Shown: positions 49,699 through 62,610 of the stretch, piece after piece
Numbering within the stretch: the first letter of the stretch is position 1
Layout: each line of letters begins with the position of its first letter
NCBI RefSeq assembly: GCF_009834535.1
Contig: NC_045696.1
Location: 120,220,001-120,284,000 of the forward strand
From: Camelus ferus
Taxonomy: Eukaryota
Length of the DNA stretch: 64,000 nt
Direction: 5' to 3'
Notes under the pieces: generated by a model
The model's database searches: none
What the model saw: the letters and a program-made list of their open reading frames with translations, nothing else
What the model was told of the DNA's origin: nothing
Made by a program: the position numbers and the translations under genes

Positions 49699-50034
49699 AA
49701 AAATTAAGTAGTGAGAGGAAATAGGCAATTCAAACCAGAAGAGGTATAAATAAATGACCATAAAACAAATATAAAGATGCTAAACCTCACTATTACATAT
49801 GTAAGTGCAATTAAACAACTTTGATATTTTTTTTTCACCTAAGAGACTGGCAAAAACCCAAAACCAAAATTAACAAAGCACTCATAGTATCAACTGTAGT
49901 CAGGCATGTAAACAAACAGGTTCCCTATTTGTTGGAGTGTTAAATGTAACCCTGAAGCTAGCAGTTCATGACATAGACCTCATATACTTAAAGGGTGATC
50001 TTCAATTTAGTCATCTGTGTGGGCTATGGTAGAT

Positions 50035-50330
50035 TTGAATCATTGTTCTCATTTCTTGTGAGATGTATCCATGCCTTTTGCCTTGTGACTTGCTGAATCC
50101 TCTCACTAGAGTGAGGGGGCATATTTCTTCACTCCATTAATGGTTTGTCATGTGTGTAGGTAACCACTGGTCTAAGGAGAATATGGAGACATGTAAAGGA
50201 GACCTAATACGAACCCAAAGCTTGGGGTCAAACCCACCTTTCTCATAGACTGAAGCAGAGACAACTCGAACCATCCCACTGGTCATGCATACTTATCACA
50301 GTGATAGATGAATAACTTATGAGCTGTAGA
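50035..50330 (+). mobile_element. Degenerate MLT1-type MaLR LTR
   Basis: 'catgccttttgccttgtgacttg...cactagagtgagg...tccatt...gtcatgtg' MLT1 5' motif. Confidence 0.4.
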
Positions 50331-53300
50331 AATGGAGATGAGCCTGTAAACTGGAAAGCAGTTTCAAATCCAACTCCCAGACAGGAATAATCTGGAGGTG
50401 AAAAATAGGTGGATGAGGTCAAACGGTAGGGTAACTGTATAGCAGCCTTTGTAAACAGAGGAAATCTCTATAATTTCTCTGAGTCATTCTATTACAATTT
50501 TATTTACACATTATTTATTGAGTACTGCCTAAGCTCGGTAATTCTCTGGGCTCCTGAGGAAACAGCGCTGAACAGGATAAGCAGTCCTTGACCTCAGAAT
50601 CTTAGAGTCTAGTGGAGAACCTGCTGTTGAACTAGATAGACCAGTATTTAATTTCCTATGTGTATGAAACAAACAAAAGCACAAAAACAAAACCCTGGGT
50701 GTGTAATTTCCCATCAAAAAGTGAGAGACGCTGTGATGAATACCTATACAACACTGTTTTTTGCAGCCTTCTAGATGCAACTCCTCCTTGTAGAGTGCGG
50801 ATGCACACATCTGTTGAGGATAAGGCACTTTCTAAAGAAATGAAACTACTTGACCTCAGATTTTATTGTTGACAAATATCCTGCAAAGTTAGGAAATTGG
50901 ATTTATTCTGAGCACATGCTGAGGTGAAGGATGTTAACAAGTGCGAGGAGGAAGCAGAAGGGAGGTGGTTATTGAGGAGTACACAACACAGAGATCTGAC
51001 CGGTGGGCTTTGCTAATCTTTATATCCAGCTTCACTTATGAGAAAGAGATACCACACTGAATATTCACCAGCTTGGAGAAACTACTCTTATTTTTGGACT
51101 TCCCTAACTCTAGGGATGATGATACTGAGAGCCAGGAAAGTGAGATCATTTGCCCATTTTAAGCCCCCATAGTGAAACTGGGGTGCTGCTGAGACTCTGC
51201 CGAGATCCACCTCTTCCTCCACCTGGCAAAATTCTACATATTCTTCAGAGCCTTGATCTTGCGGTGTCTCCTCGCTGCATCCTTTCTTGACCTCCACAAG
51301 TGGGATGATGATTACTTCCATTGTAATCTTGTAGAAGTCTGGTGTTGACTCTACCAAGCTGTATCATGATGTCTTGCTGTTGTTTGTCTAGACATTTTAC
51401 TCCTCTATTCCTCACCCCACTAACTTATGACCTCCATCTGGGCAGGAGCTGTGTGAGGCTTAGTTGTTACTACACAGACCATACGATAGTTTTATTTGCT
51501 CTTGCCTTATTCCTTCAGCAGCCATAGTTAATAATTTGGACTCTCCAAATCTGGTAGTTAGGATGAGTGGATGGAGGCCAAACAAACTTAGGTCAAGGAG
51601 AAGTCCTGCTCATCACAAGGGCAAACTGAATGGGCATCGTGGTTTGTGAAGCAGGGGATTGTGCATTTGAGTGTGTGAATCAATTCTTTGGACTAGTAAT
51701 ACTCAAACATGTCCAATCAAAGAGTCAATTTTGGAGCCTTAAAATATCCAAACTCTTGGCAGCAACACCAGGGATTCTGATTCAACAAGTGTTTGGTGGG
51801 GTCTATAAATACATATTTTTAAAACCCTCAATTGATTTTGATATAAAATCAATTTGAGAATATATGATCTAAACTTGATCTCTTTAGTAACCTAATAAAA
51901 TAAAAGCAGGAAAATTGAGGTCCCACACTCACTAGGGTACAGCAGCTCCTCTAAGATTTAACTTTCCTGGTAAATTGACCTCAGTCGTTGATAACATCAC
52001 CAGTTTTAACATCCCAATAGTACCGGGTTTGGGGATGGCATATTTTTTGCAATCTGAATGGAATTTGACCTACTCCTGAAAATCCTCCCTGCGGACTTGA
52101 CATTCCGAGGACTTGCCCACCTGCTTAGCAGTGGTTGTTGAACATTACACATGGTGTGTACTTAACACACACAGCACCAGCCATTGAATGGGATCTGAGA
52201 CCTGCTGGAGTTTCCTGTGATGAACTCTTTATTTCAAATGGAGACAGAGAACATCACTGTTGGTTTTTCCTACAGTGGTGCCTTTTATTCCCAGGTTACT
52301 TCAGTGTAGGCCCCTGGCTGAAGGCTCTAGAGAATAAGCCATGGGCTGAACTGATAAACAAGCTGTGAGGAATGTCACGTATCCAGGCTGGATAAGAAAT
52401 GGCCTACTTAATGAAGTTTTGTGACGAACTTTAAAAAAATCTGTCCTTGATCATGTAACATCCTGTGGTTACTGCAGGAACTTGGGGACCTAAATAGATT
52501 AAGATTATTAACATTGTCACAACTTAGATGATATGTGAGGCATCGTGCATGTCCTATATAAACCCTTTTCCAAGAATCAATAAACAGAGAACTGCTTTGC
52601 TTCTCTCCACACGGTGTTCGTGTGTACATGATATCATGTCACCGACATTCAGGACAGTTCTGAGATACCAAAATGAGTAAAAGATGGTTTCTGTCATCAA
52701 ATGCATTCAAGATGAAGAGGGTGAAACAGTCATTATATTAGACAAGCTTCTTTAATTGAATGAAACGTAACTAACTAGTTTTGGTCAAGAATGGATATTT
52801 CCTGGCCAATGGGCACACGTTGTGGGAAGGAAGAAGTTTAAAGATGGTGCAACATGGAACTTTAACGCCCCCAGAAGGCTCTTCCTTTCTCTTCTCTGCA
52901 GATCAACTCTAGTCTTTAATAGTCTTCATTCACAGTGCCTGGAATGTGGCTTCCATCAGCCTTCAGACTCACATTTATCTGCTGACGAATGGAGGCTCAG
53001 TATCTGAACCCAAGATTCCAGGGCTGACTGGTCCTGGGGATCAGGGGATCAGGGTCGTCCCCACACCAAGAACTAGGCTAGGGAGGTGGTACCCTGAAGA
53101 AATGGCAGTTCTCTTCGGAATCACGCAGGTAGAAAAAAAAGTTCCCAGGAGAGAGGAAGGGAATGTTCTTCTAAGAATCTTATCCTGGACGATTGATGTC
53201 CAGTATAGACAGGAAAGTTAATGGTTCCAGTGTTGAGACTGTAATTTGCATGGGTGTCTGTATCTCTGTTCCTGTCTGTATAGACTGTGGTAGAGGTCAG

Positions 53301-54821
53301 GATAATGAACACTGAGTGGAGGTGATGATGGGAAGAGGCTTCATAGAGGAGGTAACATCGCAGGGACTCTTTGAGGCTCACTAGCATTTTACTAGGCCGG
53401 GCAAATGGAAATAGCAATTGCAAAAGCATGAAGGTATGGATGGAATGGTATGTGCGGGCCACAGCAAGGTAGCTTTGATCTGGGTGTAAGTTAGAAAAGC
53501 AGACAGCATCGAGATCGGTAAAGAACTTCTCTCCCTTGTTCTATGTTGAACTCTGTCCTGGGAGATTGGGGACCCATTGCGTTTTTTCACGAGGTGAGTT
53601 TCAAATCAGATTTCTCTTCCAGGAGGACTGGTAAGCAGTCCAAAGTTCAGACTCCAGCTGGACACTTGAGGCTGGCCTGCTGCTCTGTGCTCTGTGCTCA
53701 GCTATAGCTCAGCATCCCTCTCTTCCTCGTTGTTCTCCTGGGCTTGCGTCCTAGCTGCAAGTCCAAGGATGCTTGTAGAGGGAGTCGGGGGCATTTGTAC
53801 TACAGGAGAGGCGTACTTTGTCCTCCTGAAGGCCCCTCCACTTGACTCTTGACTGGAGGTCAACAGCTCTGACCCTCGACAGCACTAGGGTGAACATTGG
53901 GGATGACATATCGGGGGAGGGCTGGGGCCTGAAAGGATGCAAAGGACAATGATTATGGGACATCAAAGACGAGTTGCATCTACATCAATATGTTGCCTGG
54001 GCTTTGCCTCAGTACCTTCCATGATGAAGCTGATTTCTACCCCAAGTGCCTGGGCTCCTAGTTTGGTTGGTCTTTGAAAATCTGACAGGCTGAGAAACTC
54101 GGGGCAAAATTCTCCTTCTTGCCCACTTTGAATCAGGAGCAGAAATCCATGATCATCATGCTGTTTTTCCTATGTTTCAATCCCCCCTTGTTCTCAGTAT
54201 GGCTTCACATAGAGAAAAGAAGGTATACCAGATTCCTACATAGTTTAATACAGAAACAAGAAAGTTCATTATCAATATTGCATTTTGTTTATCGATTATT
54301 TTACCTACTGGTGTACAGGCACGATAGAGTGATACACGGTCAGTTGGTGAGAGAAGTGCTTACTTTCCCCCCGCTTCTTCTAATAATTCTGATTGCACCA
54401 GGGAGAAATTCCATCACTTCATTTAAATCATCTCTGGCCGCAGATCATCCTGTGTCCTTTCTTATAGTATGGGTTCCACAGTTTTGGAAATAATATTTCT
54501 CTGTGAGAATTAAAAAGTGCAGAGTAGAGCACAGTTGCTGTACTCAGTCTAAGAGTTATCTCCTTACTTAAAACAGTTGCAGAAACCGCAGACTGTAGTG
54601 GCTGGGCTAATGAAAAAGAAATGTAACTAATGATGAATTCTGGGAAAACACTGAATATCCTTACCACAATTTTGAAACTCTGGATTTCTTTTCTTTTATT
54701 CAATTACCAAAGCCAGATAAATATAAGTCCAATTAATCTATTTTCTGTGTGAAGAAATTGAAAATGTGGTGGTTTTAGTATCTTAAATTCCTTCAAAAGT
54801 TCAGCTTAAAACTCCTACTTT

Positions 54822-55017
54822 CTAGATAAACAAGTTTCTTCTGCATAGCGCAGGGAACTATGTTCAGTATCTTGTAGTAACCTATAATGAAAAAGAATAT
54901 GAAAAGGAATATATGTATGTATATGTATGACTGAAACATTATGTTGTACACCAGAAGTTGACACCACATTGTAAATTGACTATATTTCAATTAAAAACAA
55001 AAAAGGAGAAAAAAAAA
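54822..55017 (+). mobile_element. L1 3'UTR fragment
   Basis: tagataaacaagtttcttctgcatagcgcagggaacta...cattgtaaattgactatatttcaatt followed by an A tail. Confidence 0.8.
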
Positions 55018-56584
55018 CCCCTTATTTTATGAAACAAATTTATGCATCCTTAGTAGAGTAAATGTAATTCTCAGTAGAGGACAGATTTTGCATTATAATT
55101 TCTTTAGGGAAAAGACTTGTTTGAATTTTACAAACAGAAGAAAGGAAAAAGAAGGGTTGAGCTCTCTGGAAAAGGCTGTCAATCCCCAAAGCCACTTTTA
55201 TATGACTGTATGATTGTGAAACCTCAATTGTAAAAAACATTCCCACAATAATACTTTCCAGAAAAGTTACTCCAAAAAGCCAGCTTCCTGTTGTGCTAAC
55301 ATTATTTAAATGCTGCTGCTGTAGTTGGAAGGGGAGAACCCCACCCTTCTCCTGAAGTGAAGTCAGCCTCCTTCCCTCCCTGGGGATTTCACTCTTGGTT
55401 GGAAAAGAACGACTCAACTAACTAGTCTCTGTCAGCTGGGGATGTCTGGACACAGCGTGAGCACAGCTCCCCCCGAGGCCCGGCACAAGTGGGAACTGCA
55501 ACGGTATTTGGTCCCTGAGGCCCCACGTTCTGACCTTGCCCGGACAGGACCTGAGACCCGCTGATGTTAAAGGTTGAGTCTTGGGGTGGGGTGTGGCGTG
55601 CACCTCAAGTGGGGAAACCATTCTTTGGCATCTTGAGGTTTTTTTTCTGATTATGTTCCAGAAATGATGCTAGGTGGTGGTGTACCAGGAGCGCAGCCGC
55701 CCACCTCTCCCCGCCATTTTGCTTTTGTTGGGTTGTGGTCTCTGTTCTCATGACATATCTTGGGGGACTACTGAGCGGGGCCAAGTCTGACAGTCAGAAC
55801 AGGTCTGGTGGGCGCTGCCAGGGACCATGGATACTCAGCACACCTCCCACCCCCCAACACACACACACACATGAGAGGAAAACCTTAAGAGGGAGGAACC
55901 AGGTCAGGCAGGTTTGGGGGTGCTGACCCCTGAGGACCAGGAGGAGACCTCCCCCCCAAACTGAACAGAACTGTGTTCAAATTGAGCATTTGAGGGTGTC
56001 CTGTGCAGAACCCCCTGGCTTCCTGACTGTTTTAAGTAGATTCCAGAAGTCTAGGTCACCTTTAGCTTAGAGCAAATACACTGTCTTCTGGGGAAAACCA
56101 TTTCCTCCTTATTAGTAAAAAGCACAAAGAAAACCAGTTACAAGTTCACACATATTTGTGTTCCCTTGGTTAAAAAAATAATAGTCAAAGGAAAAGGTCC
56201 CGACAGCCCTCGTTCAACTTCCCTCTTTCCATCCTTCCAACCACATTCTTCCTCAGATACACCTGGAAACTTCCTGATTAACTTAAGGAGCAGTTCCAGA
56301 ATCAAGAAGCCTAGTGCCCCAGAGGTCCTTGCTGAGCAAGGCGGGGCTCCCACCTCTCATGTTTCCTCTTGGCCTTTTAATAAACTTTCATCAATGTAAG
56401 TAATTTCCCCATGTCTCTTCGTGGACAGCCGAGAAGCAGGCAGGCTACAGCAACAGACTAAAACAAATAAAAGATTGAATCCAACTGCACAAGCTGGGAA
56501 CATGTTTACCTATAAAATCCCAACTGTGGGTCCATGTCCATGAGAAACAAACAAACAAACAAACAAACATTAAAAAAAGCCCCT

Positions 56585-56757
56585 CTAGATAAACAACAAA
56601 TTCCTACTGTATAGCACAGGGAACTACATTTAACATCTTAAAATAACTTACAATGAAAAAGAATCTGAAAAAGAATATCTATGTGTAACTGAATCACTAT
56701 GCTGTAGACCAGAAACTGACAGAACATTATAACTCAGCTATACTTCAGTTTAAAAAA
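56585..56757 (+). mobile_element. L1 3'UTR fragment, preceded by (AAAC)n at 56545-56568
   Basis: tagataaacaacaaattcctactgtatagcacagggaacta...aactgaatcactatgctgta. Confidence 0.8.
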
Positions 56758-57149
56758 GTAATCTGTATAAAAATCTTGTTCTCCAGCAAATTTTCATCAA
56801 AAATCTTAATGCCTCTTTTGCCCAGTTATGATGATAGCTTCGAAAATGTTGCTGTTTTAACTTTTTCATTCCTTGTACATTTATTAGTTGGCATTCTGTG
56901 ATAAAGAAGGTCTTTTGCTCCTTCTCTCCATTGATTTATTTACAATTTTTAGCGTCAGTATGGTCTCAGATTGTTTTTAAATTTGATTTATTATATCCAC
57001 TACTGTCATTAGGTTTCTTAAGTTGTTTTGTTGTGGTGTAATTTACCTACAGTTAAAAAAAAAAAAAAAAGCCTTCAAGTTCTTCATTGTCATCTCTGTG
57101 AGAAATCAGAACTTGATTTTTGATGCCTGCCCCACTTCCCTGGCTCCCG

Positions 57150-57860
57150 TTCCAGGGCGCTGCAGGGCAGCTCCTGATACCTGTACAGGTGCGCTCTCTG
57201 GTCCCTCTCCGACCTCCGCTTCGGGACATCGCCCTGTCCTCCCCCCAGCCCCCGCCCTCGAGACTGTCCTCTGGTTCTCTGCAGGGTAGCGGAGGAAACC
57301 GCTGAGGAACCCGCTGGAGCCAAATGGCCGGCCAGTCCTCAGCCCAGTAGCAGCGGTGGCCTCAACTCAGCGGCCAGCAGATAAAGGTTGTCCTAGGTTT
57401 CTGAGAAACTGCCTTCTCAAGTTCTTTTTTGGCAGCCCCCGTCTTCCCCCGAAACGGCTCGTCAGAGCCAACAGCTGGAGCGTCTCCGGACACTCACATG
57501 AAACGCGGGAGGAGTTCATCGTCAGCCTGCAAGCTGAGGTCAAGGGTCAGCGCCGGCTTTAAAGAGCCGCGCGGGCGCTGCGCTCCGGGTACCACCTGCG
57601 GCTTCCCGGCCGCTTCCCGGCTCCGCGCTCTTCCCCGGCCGGCCGCGCGCGGGCACTGCGCCCCGGCGCTCCTGCAGCCCTCGGGGAGCTGGGGTACTCT
57701 GCGGGGTTCTCAGTGGCCCCAGACCCCAGGAAAGCTCGGTGAGTGCGGCGTGCGGGGGTTTGGGACCTGAAGGGGGCGGAGGAGGACAGGTGCCTAGGCG
57801 TGAGTACATTCTGATGATTTCGCACCTGGAGGACGCCCTATATCCCGGACTTCAAGGAAT
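57150..57860 (+). promoter_or_regulatory. CpG island promoter, probably of COL6A5
   Basis: Sharp rise in CpG density. TATA-like CTTTAAAG at 57557-57564, GC boxes near 57251 and 57773, and a tandem gcttcccggc at 57601-57621. Gene identity is inferred from the conserved mammalian COL6A4-COL6A5-COL6A6 order. Confidence 0.7.
57590..57738 (+). other. COL6A5: Putative non-coding first exon (likely COL6A5 exon 1)
   Basis: Consensus donor CG|GTGAGT at 57739-57744 within the island, and no ATG between the TATA-like box and the donor. The start is only an estimate (~30 nt after the TATA-like box). Confidence 0.55.
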
Positions 57861-57907
57861 TTTGCAAAAGGTTGAGACTGGGTTTTTAGAATTGGAAAGG
57901 ACCTTGG

Positions 57908-58105
57908 AGCAGGGCTATCGAAAGTGTGGTCCAAGGACTAGAAGCAGCTCCATACCCTGGAACCTTGTTAGAACTGCGAATTAACGGGCCCCACCCCGCA
58001 CCTGCTGAGCCCGAATCTCCGGGGCGGGGAGGGATGGGCTCTGAAATGCGTGTGTTAACAAGCCCCCCTGGAGATTCTTATGCAGCTGAAGTTTGATAAC
58101 CACTG
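57908..58105. mobile_element. MER5A DNA transposon fossil
   Basis: cagggctatcgaaagtgtggtcc...cttgttagaactgcgaatt...gggccccacccc...gaagtttgataaccactg. Confidence 0.75.
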
Positions 58106-59126
58106 ACATACAGGTCATTTAGGCTAGCACTTGGGCCCCTCACCCCACGCAGGAACCGGCAAATAAACAGAGGTGGGTGCAGGGACCCTGAGCCATAAGG
58201 CATTAGATACAGGGATATATTCAGAAATTGCCTAACAAGAACTTTGAAATACTCATGGTTGGTGGGGATTGCTATTCTGTTTCAAACTGTGAACTAACAT
58301 CTTTAAGCTTTCCTCAAAACAGCACTTAACTGGCGTTAACGAACATTTCTGAGTTTATTCTATGTGCAAGGTTCTATCAAAATGAAGGAGGGAGGTACTG
58401 GTTCTTAGGATCTCCAAACTGGTGTATTTTTTTCTTAACCAAGATCTTTGTAATTTGGTGTAGTGCTTCATACCGCACTTTTATTTTGGCTTTAGGTATT
58501 TAAGTGTGCCTTCTGAAGTTGATTTTTGTTCTTGTTGTTAACCTGGAATGCCAGCATAGATATTTTGGAAGAGGTATTTATTTTGAGAGTTCTGAAGGAA
58601 ATCTTAAAGGAAAAAAAAGCTTCACTTTCACATTGGCAAGACACATTTTTTGATCTTTGTACTGATATTTGCATGCCGTGATATATTTTATGAATAGAAT
58701 AAATAGAGTCCCTGAGATTTCTTAAGAATCAAAGTGAGAGAGACAATTAGTTGTCTTCTCTGAGGAGTCCAATGCCACAGCAAGCTGCCTTGTACAAACT
58801 CGGAGAAGAAATCCATTGCTTTGGGGAAGCTCCTTAGAAACAAATATGGATGCCATGTATACCCAAATCATGTGGTTCCCCATTCTGCAAGTTTCTGAAC
58901 AGTTTCTGCTGATGAACCAGGGACCCCATTCATGAAATACTGGATGATGAAGGTTCTATGATTGGTCTGGTGTCAGTTGTGTTGTTTGGTTCTCCTTTGT
59001 CTAATCTTTGGGTGGCTTAATTTAAATATTAAATCTAAATCCACTACTGACTCATTTGGAAACTTTGGAGCAAATGCAAATTTCTGTTTTCCTCTCATCT
59101 ATGGGTGGATACGGGATGTATGGTTT

Positions 59127-59607
59127 ATCTTAAAAAAATTTTTATTGAAGTATAGTCAGTTTCCAATGTTGTGTCAATTTCTGGTGCACAGCATAATGGT
59201 TCAGTCATACATGTGCACATATATTTGTTTCATATTCTTTCTCATTATAGGTTATTATAAGACATTGAATATAGTTCCCTGAGCTATACAGTATAAACTT
59301 GCTGTTTATCTATTTTATATGTAGTAAGTGTCTGCAAATCCTGAACTCCGAGTTTATCCCTTCCCACTCCCTTTCCCCCCTGGTAACCATAAGTTTGCTT
59401 TCTATGTGAGTCTCTTTCAGTTTTGTAAATAAGTTCATTTGTCTTTTTTTTTAAAGATTCCACATATGAGTGATACCCTATGGTATTTTTCTTTCTCTTT
59501 CTGGCTTACTTCACTTTGAATGATAATCTCTGGGTCCATCCATATTGCTGCAAATGGCATTATTTTATTATTTTTTTATGGTTGAGTAGTATCCATTGTA
59601 CACATAA
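59127..59607 (-). mobile_element. 5'-truncated L1
   Basis: L1 3'UTR and ORF2 end. TSD ggatgtatggttt at 59114-59126 and 59608-59620. Confidence 0.9.
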
Positions 59608-62600
59608 GGATGTATGGTTTTTGTTTTGTTTTTGTTTTTGAGTTTTGGAGGCAGGATGTATAGTTTTGAGGTAGCACTTGCTGGCAGCATCCCACAGTAT
59701 CTCCCCAGAGTTCCCTACCTGTTGTATGGTTGTCACACTGAATCCTTATTAATATGTTAAAACAGAGAAAATACTTAATATCACGATCCTATCACTAATT
59801 ATGTATGCACATTTTAAGTTAAAACATCTAAAAGCCTTGTTCACAGATTTCAAAGACTAACTTCTGTTTCAAATCAGCTTTGGACGTGTTGGTGAAATTG
59901 GAAGCCACTGCTAGGTATGTCACAGGCCTGTGAAAATACAGTATGCCACGGTAAATATTCGCCTGAATCATGACTGCACATGCTTGTTCCTAAGTATTCA
60001 AAGAGCATGTACTCAGCCTCCTTCTGTAATGAAGTAGGAGATTTACAACCTAGGTCTTGTTTTCATGTTATTGGATGTTGTGATTTTCCTCCTCCAAGTT
60101 CAAATCACCTTTTAGAAGGGAAGAATTTTGAGTCCGGGATTATCTACCCTTTAGCTCTGACAATAGAGGACAGAAACTCCCCTGAGATGTGTCCTTTTCA
60201 TTGCATTGCAGTCTGCTTTTAGGATGTTCCTGTCTATTTCATAGGATCTCAGATCCAGGTCCTCTCTGCAGAGGAGGAGGAGGTGGGTACTGAGTAAAAC
60301 TGGAGCCTAAGATACAAGCAAAATGCATGCCAGCTTCTAAGGAAGAGCCAGCTGGTGGTGCGTGTCACAGTTGTGAGCATCTGTCACCCTTGTCAATCTC
60401 CAGTGCCCAGTGGTACTGCCCTAGGTTCCTCTGACTTGTCTGAATTCTGATCCTTCAAGCCACTCTTTGGGGGCATACTGTGATTCAAGACTTAGTCTCT
60501 GAAAGGCTGTTGTAAAATTTCAAATTATTTGAGGGTCCCAGGTGACACCCTGAACCTTCTCCCTTAACATGATTAGCTAATCATCATTTTGGAAGATATT
60601 AAGGGACACGAAGAGCCAAGAATAGGAGAAGAGATCTTTGTAAAGGCAGTGTAGGGCAGTGGAAAGAGCATATCTCTGCAGGCAGAGAGACCTCCAGTTT
60701 TGAGACAAGCTGTATTACCGCTCTGACCCTCAGTTTCTTCATCAGTATTATGGGCACAATTACTGTGCACAAAGACCTACTTTTCTGCTGGGCCATCTAC
60801 TTTCTGTGTATATTTCATCAGCTAACCTTTGCTACAAAGGAGGTTTGGAACTATGTTCTTATTGCTGAGCATGTTGCCCCATCCATCTATTGGTATGGAG
60901 GTTCTCTTAATAAAGAAAGGTGGAACATCAGGTAATAGGGAGGCAGCTAGAGGCCTCCGCAGCATGGATGCCGGACAAGAATGGTTCTTTGGAGAAGAGC
61001 AAGTGACCGTGGTTGTGGTGGGTAGTGGTTTGCACGTGTGTGTGCACTGAGGAATAGAAGGTGGAAGAGAAAATGTAACAATAGAAGTTTCTAGGCAACT
61101 CGATGGCTTGAGGATGTTCAAGTCAAGCGGACAGCCCCTTGGAGGAGAAGTAATCTGAGTGTGATATTGTGGTAATAATGGTATCTCTGTCTAGGTCTTG
61201 AAGCAGTTTATTAAAGTGGTTGTATTTAAATCTCACAGTGATATCCAAAGTTAAACACATAAACACATCTACTTTTTTTTTTTTTATTACCACTTCACTG
61301 ATGAGAAATTTGAGGCTTGGGATTATTAAAACCTTGCCCAAGAGCTCATGCCCAGTTAGTACAGAGCTACCCTAGACCTCAGCTTTCCTGACACGCCGTT
61401 CATCTCCTTCATGGAGAGGGTGCAGGTTGTAGAAGAAATGAGAAAGTTAAGGTGACTCCACATACTTTATTTCAATGATTACAATTAAGTAAGAAAACAA
61501 ATTTGTGCATTTGTTAAAAACACACAAATTTGAGAGATAACATAATCAAAATTTGCAAATGGTAGAATGATTTACGATCCCACTTACCTGGGTTCCAATC
61601 AACATTTCATCCCTTCCTAGCTGTGTGAACATGGGTAAGACATTTAACATTACTATCTTCTCCTGTCTTATGGGCAAGTAGTAGCACTCACCTCACAAAG
61701 ACGTTGTAAAGATAAAGACAAAGAATCGTGACACATAATAAGAAACACATAAATGCTTGTTGGTCCAGGTGGACCATAACTAAAAGAAACAATGGAAAAT
61801 TAATTGAGTTAGTTGAGATTCCTGATGACAAAATAAATCCAGAAAAAAAAATCAATAGCTTCTCTATAAGTAGTAACAAGCAGCCAAAAGTATGATGAGA
61901 GGAAAGTGTCTGTTCTTAATAGCAATAAACTACAAAATAGCTGAGAACCATGAACATGAAATGTACAGGACCAACTTCTGTTGGATCCAAACTTTACTGC
62001 CCTCACCTCACACTCCTACCTCAAACAGCCACCCCACACACACACTCAGAGGCTGCACAGAAAACCCATAGCACCAGTATGGGTCTAATGCAAAAACACT
62101 TCCAATAAACAAGGAAATATTTATGTTACATGCAAAACAAAGATGAAGAATTATTCCAGGAAACAGAAGAAAATGACTCCAAACTCTAAGGTGTCAGAGA
62201 AAACAGGTTTTGTAAAGAAAGAGCACAAAAAAATGCAAGAGATAGTGAAAGGCAAAGCCAAGGAAGGCACAGAAGGAGAATAAGACCATTACAAAACCCA
62301 AACCCGAACTAGAAACAGCTAGATGTAAGTCAGCCGTGTGGAAAACTGAGTTTGGACTTAGAGCCCACCTGCCTGGGTTCCAATCAGCATTTTGCCAGCT
62401 TGGGGAAAAATTTCACAGATCGCAGAGGGAAAAACTGGTGAAAGAGAGTAATAGTGATGGAAAACAACAGAGAAACAGCATGGGACTATGTGGACTTCAT
62501 GGGAAAAAGAAAAGAGACCAAAAGGAACTGAAATAAATGTAAAACGTATTTGATCTCAAACTATCATTAATTTCAAGATGTACCATTAATTTCAAAATAG

Positions 62601-62610
62601 TTTCTGAGGG

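Noticed and set aside
57356..57984. ORFs across the CpG island
   Set aside because: Expected in GC-rich DNA; mostly non-ATG starts and no homology I can recognise.
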